A DNA stretch of 64,000 bases from the human T2T-CHM13v2.0 reference genome, Homo sapiens, in the NCBI RefSeq assembly GCF_009914755.1, contig NC_060926.1; one strand, given 5' to 3'. The translations under genes and the position numbers were made by a program. Of this stretch, positions 42,198 through 52,880 are shown in pieces. The first letter of the stretch is position 1. Each line of letters starts with the position of its first letter. Below the pieces are notes generated by a model. It saw only the letters and a list, made by a program, of their open reading frames with translations. It made no database searches and was not told where the DNA came from.

Positions 42198-42839
42198 CAG
42201 TCATGCACCATGTAACATTTTGGTCAACAAGGGACCACGTGCAAGATGATGGTCTCATAAATTTATAATGGACCTGAAAAATTCCTATTGCCTAGTGACA
42301 TTGTGATGCTTAATACTGAGTGTCAGCTTGATTGGATTGAAGGATACAAAGTATTGATCCGGGGTGTGTCTGTGAGGGTGTGGCCAAAGAAGATTAACAT
42401 TTCAGTCAGTGGGCTGGGAAAGGCAGATCCACCCTTAATCTGGATAGGCACAATCTAATCAGCTGCCAACAGGGTTAGAATACAAGCAGGCAGAAAAACG
42501 TGAAAAGAGAGCAACCATCAGTCCTGCAACTTATGGCAAGTGCCCTATACAAGTATATCTTTTAAATCATTTATACTGTATTTTTACTGTACCTTTTCTA
42601 TGTTTAGATATATTTAGGTATTACAAATACTTATTATAGGGTTACAGTTTCCTACAGTATTCAGCATAGTCACCTGCTATACAGGTTTGTAGCCTAGGAG
42701 CAATAGGTTCTACCATATAGCACAGGTGCGTAGTAGGCTATACCACCTACATTTGTGCAACTGATGTTCACACAACAACAAAATTGCCTAATAATGCATT
42801 TCTCAGAATATATCCTTGTCGTTAAGGGATGCATGACTA
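42198..42839 (+). mobile_element. Tigger3 (Golem) derivative containing an MLT2A fragment
   Basis: TA|CAGTCATGCA...TGCATGACTA|TA TIRs; TGAAAAATTCCTATTGCCTAGTGACAT; ACAGGTTTGTAGCCTAGGAGCAATAGG. Confidence 0.92.
42302..42510 (+). mobile_element. MLT2A (HERV-L LTR), 5' portion only
   Basis: TGTGATGCTTAATACTGAGTGTCAGCTTGATTGGATTGAAGGATACAAAGTATTGATCC..GGAAAGGCAGATCCACCCTTAATCTGG. Confidence 0.92.
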
Positions 42840-44140
42840 TATTTGTAATATGAAAGGGGTCCTGAAAGTTGTAGTGAGAAAGTAGGAATGAATGAATGAA
42901 TTTGATGGAACAGTAGCAAGCAATGTATGTGCAGAGCAGGCTTATGTGTGATAAGGAGGTTGGGGTAACATACATTAATGTTAGAAACACACTCATATAT
43001 CTGTTAGGCCACAGCACACACGTGCTGCGTCATGGATAAGGGAAGCACCACACACAAGCTGTATTCTGCTGAGCCTCAGTTGACTCTATGGTAGTCTATG
43101 TACTGCAGCAACCAATTTTGTGGCTAATCTGATTTTCCATGGAGAAAATCTTCCTTGGCTGTTTCATATTGAAAAGGTTACATAAAGATTAAGCATGTGT
43201 TTTATTTTCAAGCATTCATTTTCTTTGAATTTCTAGACATTGTGTGTTGCAGCATTACCCACTCTAAAATTCAATATAAAAATGCTATTCAATTCAATAG
43301 CTTTACAATTGGGGTTAATTTTTTTGTATTACTATCCAATTTTTGAAAGTTATTCATATGAAGAAGCAATAAGAACATACTTTAAAAGTAATAAGCAAGT
43401 TGAATAAAGATGTCATATTTCTATCTAGAATGATTTTTGAATGACATATTGACTATTTAAAATTCATAATCCATGACTTCGGTTTTTGATCTAAAGATGG
43501 AAAAATGATACTCCTTTCATTTTTTCTATGGGATTTCACTCTCATATTGCAGAGGTTTAACTTGAATGTATATTTTGGGTGTCAAATGATCTCATCTGAA
43601 ATGGTACAGGCATAACAATATATCTATAAAGCAGAGAATGGGGTTAAAGCTAGAGAAATTTTACTGCTAGTAACTATAGCGAGTTGCTCTTTCTTAATAT
43701 ATCAGTTGACATTTTGTGTGCAGAATTCATGCATTTCTAATAGTCCCCATAAAATGTCAGCATGTTCGGGAACGGTAAGCCGCTAGAGAAGTCTTCAGCA
43801 GCATATCCAGTGGCCCAGTGTTGCCCTCCTGCTAAGTCATTGCCCCAGTGACGTGTCACAGACAACTTTTCTGAAGAAGTGCAGATGAACTCTAAATGCC
43901 AGCCACAATTCTATTCTCCACTTTCCCCTCTCCAAAAGTGAACTTGAAGGTCTGCTTTTTTTCTTTTTCAAAAACTTTGTACCATAGTGACAAAGTGAAA
44001 AGAAAGTTAAAATCTGCATTATATTATTTGATTTGAATGAGACTTTAAAAATTGCAATTGAATAAATCCATTTCATTATTAATCAAAACAACTCATTTGC
44101 CTGTAAAATCTTTTTCCTCCTTTCCCTCATGCACCAATCC

Positions 44141-44143
<3 letters not shown>

Positions 44144-44187
<44 letters not shown>
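44144..44187. repeat. (AC)n microsatellite
   Basis: Directly visible. Confidence 0.97.
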
Positions 44188-44189
<2 letters not shown>

Positions 44190-44389
44190 ATGCACCCACA
44201 CACGGCTGATATATACAAAGGATTTTTTGAAGGGAAGAAAAGTTGAAACCACATAAAACTATAAAATTTGTTTTCAGCAACATTAATAATTCATTTTTGT
44301 TTGAAACCTAACTTCTGTGTAGTTAAAACTTACCTTCTCTAAGAAACTATTTTGATTCCCCTGTCTAGCCCCAGTCATTCTGATCTTTG

Positions 44390-44640
44390 AGTGGCAGCAA
44401 AGAATATTGCTTAGGCCTGGAGACACAAGAGCCAGCCTGCCTGAATTGAATCCCAGTTCTATTCTTACAAGCCGTGAGACTGCATCATGTCCTTTCACCA
44501 CTTACTTGAAACATGTGAATGATAATGTTAGCATAGAATTAATAATTTGGTTGCGAAGATTAAATACATTTATCAATGTAAAGCACATTAAATAGTTTCT
44601 GGCCCAAAATTAGACAACATAAGTCTGTGATTATTAATGT
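44390..44640 (+). mobile_element. MIR
   Basis: GAGCCAGCCTGCCTGAATTGAATCCCAGTTCT..GTTGCGAAGATTAAAT..TGTAAAGCAC. Confidence 0.8.
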
Positions 44641-46929
44641 CACCTGTGCTTTCTTCCTGTCTTTTCAGAATATTATCTGCACTTGTAATTTTGCACTTCT
44701 CAGAGGCTCAGTTGGCATATATTTAGTTACAGATATTTGGAGGAGAAAGACAACATTTTCTTGAATTTTATGTCTTTCATAGTACTTGACATTGATTCAA
44801 GCATAGTAAGTCCTAGATTGAGAAAAAAATGACTTAAACAGCACACAATTTAATAACATTCAGCTGCCAAATTAGGTACTTCTTCCATCTTAGCTGATGT
44901 GTATGTGTGTTACAGTTTATGTAAATATTTTTTTAAAAAAAGAAACCAAAAGCAGAAGAGAGAGAAAGAGAGAGCAAAATCTAACAGATTAAAAATGGTG
45001 AAAAGATTTTTAGCAATCTAGCAACTGAGAAGTAAATTTAGCCTACCCTCCTAGGCATTCACTATAAAACAGATTCATACTGACTTCTATATCCATGTCA
45101 CTTAAAACAAATTGAAGTATTCATTCTTTGCAGAAATAAGAAGTTATTTCTTTTCTGATCCTATATTCTCAAGTAAAATTTATTCTATAATATAAAGACA
45201 AAAGCCGACACTGGTGAGCAAACCACAAGTCATTTGACTCGGGTTTTACAAAATACTGTGAACCATTTATAATGTGTTTACATATTAGATTTCAATTAAA
45301 AGCCAATGAATAATATGGGATGTCACCTAGTGAATAATTTTCTATGAACTTTTAAGTATATATGTTTGTATATTTTTGCTTTTTGCTGTCTAACTTGGTT
45401 TAGGTTTAGAACTTTGATAACACAGAACAAAGAAAAGAGCTATAAATTGCCCTAACTCAGTATCAATCTTAAGTATGAATTTGGCAAGGTCTGAATAAGG
45501 GTTAATGCAAGAATCAGTTCTCTGGCAAGGACTTCTGATGAGCAATCCCATGGTGTTGATTGAAGGGGCTCCATAGGCTTCTGAGATGATAGCAGGGTGC
45601 ACGTTCTGTTAGGGAATGGACAGCAACTGTATTGATGTCAGGTAGACACCACTGAATAGTCTCTGAGTGTTTTTCCCAAAAATAATGTAAATCCATGCAA
45701 ATACCTAGTAGCATGCTACAGGAGGAAGAAAAGAAAACTAAAGTAACAACTACACCACCAGCACCAACACGAACTTTGGAGTGAGAAAACCAGCGTTTTC
45801 AACATAGCCCTGCACCAAAAATGCTTGAAGAAGTTATTTAATGCCACATTCTTTGTCCCAACCCAGGCTCAGCCTTTTTGATATGAATAAAAGAATTTTG
45901 GGAAGATTAAATGAAATAGCAAAGTTTAAGCCCTAATCCCTGATTCAATTTCTGACATGATAGATCCTAGGAATAATTAGTCATTTTCTCTTGGACCAAA
46001 CTTCCTATGTATTTACTTTTTAAGTATTCAATATTGCTTCCTGGAAAGACAACTCTATATAGAGTACCATTCAGGATACCCTGATAATGATCTCTGTCCT
46101 TCTCTCTATATTGTGTTTGTATACGTTTGCATGTGTGTACGTGCATTCATTGTTTATGCAAATGTCAGACGTTTGCAATACTGGGAACTGGAGGAGGTAA
46201 AGCTCAGTTGAACGGAAGTAAAGATTTGATTTGCAGGCCAGCATGTTTTATGCAACTATTTAAACTAAACTACCTATATTCCTGTGCCACTTAGTTTGGA
46301 AAAAGAGAAGATATCAGGGGCAGAGAGAACCTCAAATTGCAGTCATGAGCAATATAATCGAATTTTATGTAAAAGCAGAATATCTTCATACTCTTCAAGA
46401 TTCATAAACAGAGTATTTCATCAAGATTGACCCCACAGCTGTAACTGAAGCTAACACAGTGATTGGTTGGAAATCAACATAAGCTAGAAGAAAAGAGGAG
46501 CATGGCACTAGTTGTCTTCCCTAAAACATTCTCTCACGAAGTAATCAAATGTTTTATTTGTATATTGGAATGTATTTGACTGGAGATGTTAGCCTCTTGG
46601 CTATAGAAAGAAATGGACATCTGCATTTGGTAGCAGACCAAAGACTGCTCTTCCATTTTCAAGGTGTGTATGTTGATTCAGTGGCTTACTTACTGAAAGC
46701 TAGTTAATGTCCCAGGAGTCCATGAGGCTCTGTTTTGTTCAGCCTATCTAGTGGTTCCTAGCGTTGGCTGAACTGGGGAATGAGCCCTTGCCCTTTAAGG
46801 AACTTGCACTCGTAGGAATGAGAAGGTGACACCATATCCATCCACAAACGGGATAAAAAGGCGAGATCTCTGGAGCACATTTGGTTCTGTGACCATCATA
46901 GAAATTATTCTTGTTCCGCTGTTTTGCTG

Positions 46930-46958
46930 TTTTTTTTTTTTTTTTTTTTTTTTTTTTT
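46930..46958. repeat. Poly(T) tract (about 29 nt) with no adjacent retroposon body
   Basis: Directly visible. Confidence 0.95.
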
Positions 46959-47531
46959 CAATATATACAGGACTTGGGATATGGGATTTTGAAAAAACCT
47001 AAAAATGGCCGGAGGTACTTTAAGGGCTGGAATATCACATGCCTGTTTGTAACACTGAGCAGAATATTGTTCTGAAGCACATTCGGTCAGTTTTCCAAGG
47101 GTACTAGTTTATTTGAGTCAGTATAAATTTTGGCCTGTTTTTAAGTGTCTTGATCCTGAAATTCAACAATTCCTGAAATTCACTGTTTCAGTTTAAACAC
47201 AGCCTTGATTAGCCTGGGGCTGTTAGTTAATACTATATTGAGGTGGAAGGGAAAAAATACCCAACAGATTTATTTACTTAAACAGGAGATTACAACTTTC
47301 AGCATCTAGAGTCCACACATTCTGTTGAGAGCAATTTCTTCCCAGAGCAAATGCTTGAGAATAGAATTTCTCAAGAAGATAATTTTTTTAGAAGCAAGGA
47401 ATTAGAAAAGGGAAGGAATCATGTTAAATTTTCCTTAGCATCTTCCAGTGCATAATACATTAAAAAAAAATTGGGCAATCCTTACGTGGCCTCAGTAAAG
47501 GTCTATATTGTGACACTTGACCAGAAAATAA

Positions 47532-47546
47532 ACACACACACAGATA

Positions 47547-47591
<45 letters not shown>
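47532..47591. repeat. Imperfect (AC)n microsatellite
   Basis: Directly visible. Confidence 0.95.
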
Positions 47592-47593
<2 letters not shown>

Positions 47594-47639
47594 ATTTATA
47601 TATTTTAATGGAAGTAATTACGGGGAGGTTGTTTACTTG

Positions 47640-47850
47640 TGCTACAGTGGATAGAGCCTGGAGTTATTTGCCAGAAACCTGGGTTTTAATCTCAGCTCTG
47701 TCAATTATTAGCTGTATGACTCCAAGACTTTACTTAATCTGTCTGAGCCTCAGTTTTTACAGTATAAATATGAGATTTTCCATCACAAAGTTTTTCTGGG
47801 ACAATATTCTCATGCATGTAAAAGTCCTCTGTGAATTGTGATAAATTTTA
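47640..47850 (+). mobile_element. MIR
   Basis: CAGTGGATAGAGC..CCTGGGTTTTAATCTCAGCTCTG..TAGCTGTATGAC..TCTGAGCCTCAGTTT. Confidence 0.88.
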
Positions 47851-48590
47851 CTAATTCACAATATCATCATCAATCATTTTGTAACAGATTATCTGTGATT
47901 GATAGAAACACATTTTTTAAAAATGTAATTTTAAGGCATACGGAAATCTTTCTTGACTTCCAAAATAAACAACTTGCAATTAACGGTACTTACAATTTTT
48001 ATGACCCATGCCTATAAAGAAAATTCTGTTTTCCTAACTCAAATTCCATCAGTAGAAATGCTTAGTATGAAATTTGGTGCTTAAATATTCAGTGAATATT
48101 TTTCAAAAGCTACATAAATTGTCTTCTAAAATATAAATACATGTGAGGGGAGAAAATCAAAGACTCGAAAGGATTGCTGTCTTTGTGTCCTCTAACAATA
48201 AGCTTCTATCAAGAAGGATAATGAGTTTTTATATTTGCATAGCACCTGTTTAAGCCGACTCAAGCTGGGAAGGTAATGCACTTTGCGTCAATGGCCTCAG
48301 CCTGGAAGTACAGAGAACAATTTTGGGAACAATTTGAAAAATTTGCCTTTAATGTAGCTGAACCAGCTTCATATTTTGTTTCTGTGAATATGCTATTTTT
48401 AATATTTATTGTGGATGCTTACAGTACACAGAGCACACATCAAAAGTTTAAGTTTGGTTTTTGTTTTCTATTGAGACTATGGAGGTTAACAGATGCATTC
48501 ATTTTCTATTCTTATAGGAGAAATTGTCACAATTATTCCTGGAATATGTTTAGAATGTTACCAATGGTGAAGTGTTTTATTTAAAGCAAC

Positions 48591-48912
48591 ATATATGTAT
48601 TTATTATAAATATATATATTTATATTTATAATAAATATATATATTTATATTTATAATAAATATATATTTATAATAAATATATATAAAATAAATATATATA
48701 ATATATATAAATATATATCATTATAATATATATTTATATATTATAATAAATATATATTATAATAATATATATATTTGTAATAATATATATTATAATAATA
48801 TATATTATAATATATATTTATAATAATATATATTATAATAAATATATATTTATAATAATATATATTTATATATATTAAAATATAAATATATATATTTATA
48901 TATATTAAAATT
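48591..48912. repeat. About 320-bp near-pure A/T (TA-rich) low-complexity repeat
   Basis: Only three G/C bases counted; built from TATAATAAATATATATT-like units. Confidence 0.97.
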
Positions 48913-49399
48913 TGGATTTGATTATTGTTTAAGAGCAACCTGTCGCAGATACAATCACAAAAGCCATTGGGGATCAGCAAAATTTTGCAGCAATTTAAAA
49001 AACAAATCAAAAAAAACAAAAATCAAACAAAAAACTACTTACCTACTAATAGTAGATTCTCTTTCTATTCAAGTTGATAGCTTTCCTTAGCTTTACTATA
49101 GGGACTTTTATTAAGCAAATATCACCATTGTGTTTAACAAGTACTGTATTACAATTTATGAGCAGTTGAATTTTTATTATTCAAAGGAATCATATTTCAA
49201 CCTTCTTCAATGGAAGTGACAGCTTGTGTCTGGTGGCCATTTTATCTTTTAGTCTTTTAAAATTCTTTTTTGAAATATATGTATTAGTGTCACTCATTTA
49301 TGTAAGCTGGACTTAAATTGATCCACATTAATTTTAAGGTCAAAACGCTTGTAATTTATATTTATCTTTCAGGCAGTAGCAGTCAAAACTGGAGAGATA

Positions 49400-49600
49400 C
49401 TGAAGTAAGCACATAAGGGTTCGGTATTAACCAGAACTGGGGTTGAATCTCAGTTCTGCTCTCTAGAGCTGTAAAAGCTGGATTTTTTTTATCTGTACAC
49501 TAGGCAAAGTAGTACTTACCTTTTAAAACTCTAATAAAATTCAAATCAAATGTTGGTATTAAGTCTTGGCAAGGAGAAATTGCTGAACATATTACTTTTC
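49400..49600 (+). mobile_element. MIR fragment
   Basis: CCAGAACTGGGGTTGAATCTCAGTTCTGC..ATCTGTA..AGTAGTACTTACCT. Confidence 0.6.
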
Positions 49601-50529
49601 ATCCCATTGCCTAATTCTTCAGTAGATTAATTAGTAATTAGCAAACCTTATTATCTAGTACAATTTAACTGGAAATAATTATTTTTAGTATTACTGAAGT
49701 CCAGCTCAAAGTGTCATTTATAAATTTACTCTATAATTTATTTAACAAAATTATGTTTCATACTAATAAGCAACTATTAATGTTAAAGTCAAAGAGTTAA
49801 CCATCATGTACTAATCAGGAGATTGTGCTAGGCTTAAGAATCTAATACAAAGGAAATTCTCATTATTAGAGGGTCAGAGGATTAATGAGACATTGTAGCC
49901 CATATCACTTAATAGATGGTTAGAACTTCATTCTCATTTTTTTGTGGGATCAGAAATCTGTAATTTATACCAGTTTCTCACGTGATGTTAACATGGTTGG
50001 CCAATAAACTATATTCTGAGATATATCCAAATACATCATAGATAATTCCCAACTAAACATAAGGTGGCACTAAAACATTCAGTGATATTCATTTGAAGTG
50101 CAAAAAGATTCCTGACTTAATAAATCAATATTTATAAAGTCACCATTCTGGGAAAGGCAGTCTGCCAAGTATAATCAAAGATGAAGAGATATCTAAGAAT
50201 CTGTGCCAACCTTATTCTAGCTGGAAACACAGAAGTGTAAACAACAACTCATCAGATAATTTGTTTTTCATTGTGATTATAAAATTGTCACAGAGTTTAA
50301 TGTCATTTTGCTTCATCTTTATATTACATGTTTATGCAAATGTTACCCAACCCAAGGAGTATAGACAATGCCATTCTAACCAGAGAAGAGGCATTTTTCT
50401 TATATCCATCAGTATATTATTAAATATTATCTCATCCTGATACAAATAGTCTTTACTGAATGTGGAAATTCAAGTTTTGAAAACATCTGCTTTGTGGAGT
50501 CTAGTTATACAGATGAATCTAAACCCTGA

Positions 50530-50820
<291 letters not shown>

Positions 50821-50999
50821 TGGGTTCTTGCTTCTAAAATGAAAGTTTTACAGCTCTTAATTTGTCTCACAGCTTCTAGAAATCCAACATTTTTGTTGCA
50901 ATCTTTTCAGATTCCTCAGATGGAGACAATTGTACCCCATTTACTGCTGAGACAACCCAATCAGTTAAGCATCATTCTGTGAGATCCGGGCAGCAGAAT

Positions 51000-51001
<2 letters not shown>

Positions 51002-51057
<56 letters not shown>

Positions 51058-51064
51058 CACACAC
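51002..51064. repeat. (CA)n microsatellite with one interruption
   Basis: Directly visible. Confidence 0.97.
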
Positions 51065-51110
51065 GATCTCTCCTGGGAGAAAACTAAAGCGTTAGGTTGT
51101 TAAGTGATTT

Positions 51111-51838
51111 TGAGATGGGAGAGTTCCTTGGACCCCCTCAAGGAACTTGCAACAGGGGTGTGGCTCCTATACCTGGCCACTGTGCTCAAACCCCTTGCTG
51201 GAGGGGGAGCAGCTGGTGAGCAGGTGCAGGAGCCAGGGAAAGTGCTTTTGGGCTCAGGCCCGACAGCTGCATCTAGGAGTGTGTTACAATTAATGCTGTT
51301 TTAGCTTTGCCATCTGGGGATGGCTTATGTGTTAAACAGCTCAGTGAAGAGTCAGTGTGACAGCGTTTTTTGGTTCCTGCACTCAGTGTGTCCTGATTTC
51401 TCGTCTGGGATCCACTAACAATCAGGTCACAGAAACAGTTTGGAAGGTGATGAATGCAGAGGATTTCGTTAAGCAGTGGAAGTGGCTGTCAGTGGAAGGG
51501 GAGCTCGAAAGGGGTTGGTGCAGGAAGAAGGTGATCTTTCCCTGAAGCCCGGCCATCTCCAGCTGGGCTTCTCCGTGAAGTTGTGTGAAATTGTGGCATC
51601 TGAAGTTAAGTCTAGTTGCTTCTTCTCTCAATGTTCAGCAGCTTGTCTCTCTGCCAGCTGAGGTCTAGGGTGTATATGGACACAGCATGGGGAGTGGGGT
51701 GGGCCAAAAAAGTAACATTTGGGTGGGAAAACAGGGATAACTGTTCTCAACAGGGCAGCAGTTTCCAGGCTTGAGAACTGAGTCTTTGGTAGGAAATCGC
51801 CCTCTTCTACCCAGTATTTCCCTGCCTCCTGTCCTTTA
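51111..51838 (-). mobile_element. LTR27/LTR28-family ERV1 solo LTR
   Basis: Minus strand starts GGACAGGAGGCAGGGAAATACTGGGTAGAAGAGGGCG..CTCAAGCCTGGAAAC..GAGAACAGTTATCCCTGTTTTCCC and ends AACTCTCCCATCTCA. Confidence 0.85.
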
Positions 51839-52639
51839 ACTGAGATCAATTTAACTGAGATCACATGAACCATTAGTAAAAAAAAAAAAAATACAGTACT
51901 TGAACCTCATTCTTTGAACTCCAAATTCTGTAACCTCAGTTGCATAGGAAGATGTATGGGTTGTTGAATGGGGAATCACTTGATTTTATGAAAACTTGAA
52001 TCAGGTTAATGCTAGCCAAAAATTTTTCTTGCAATTGTACATTCGATAACAAAATTAATGCAGTGTATTCAGAATTGTAAAATTGCATTTTAAAGTTCTG
52101 ATTAAATTTCATGAGAACAGAAAGAAATGAAGATAACATTATCATAATGACATCTTATTAAATTTTTTTTGAAATTCTGATGGAAGGAGGCCTACCAGAT
52201 TAAACCATTAAGGAAGATCATATTCCTTCTAGTCCTAGGGCTCTAGAGCTCTGCTTTACAAGATTTGATGTACTTTAAATAAACTCATGTCTCAAACTAT
52301 CACAAATTTTCTTCGGGCTTTACCATCTAGATTAACAAACTATCTAACAATACTTCTATACAATGGAATAAGAATGTAAGCTATTCTCAAATATTGCCTC
52401 TCTAGTTGAAGATCTTGGTTCTTCAAAAGGAATTAAAGATGTTCATAAATCCACTGTTGAATCATTCAGCATTTCTAAGTAGCACAAACTATTTTGGATG
52501 CTGCATATAGAACATAAAAACTACTTTGTCCTTTCTATAAGTTCATATTTTCTGTCTAAATGTACAACACTAAATAAAGAATTACATGCAAAATACTTAC
52601 ATACAAGTCACTCCCAAGTATTATAGGATTATAGAGAAT

Positions 52640-52880
52640 AGGATTTCAGTATGGTTTTAAGCAACAGTACTCTGGAATTGACTGCCCAAGTTCAAATCTT
52701 GGCTTTACTGCCTGCTAGCTGCTCAAGTTTGGAAATTTTAGTTTAACCCTCTGTGTCTCATTATTCTTATTTGTAAAACAGAGACTTTAGAAACTCTTGC
52801 TTCCATGAGCTTATAAGAGAACTGAAATAAATAACATATCTAACTTGCTCAAAACAGCACATTGAACATGGTTATGTCAC
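52640..52880 (+). mobile_element. MIR
   Basis: GTATGGTTTTAAGCA..CTCTGGAATTGACTGCCCAAGTTCAAATCTTGGCT..CTCTGTGTCTCA..TTTGTAAAA. Confidence 0.8.

Noticed and set aside
45390-45714. Two minus-strand ORFs in a moderately GC-rich unique patch
   Set aside because: No recognisable protein and no convincing exon boundaries.
48741-49019. Ile/Tyr/Asn-rich 92-aa ORF
   Set aside because: Translation artefact of the TA-rich repeat.
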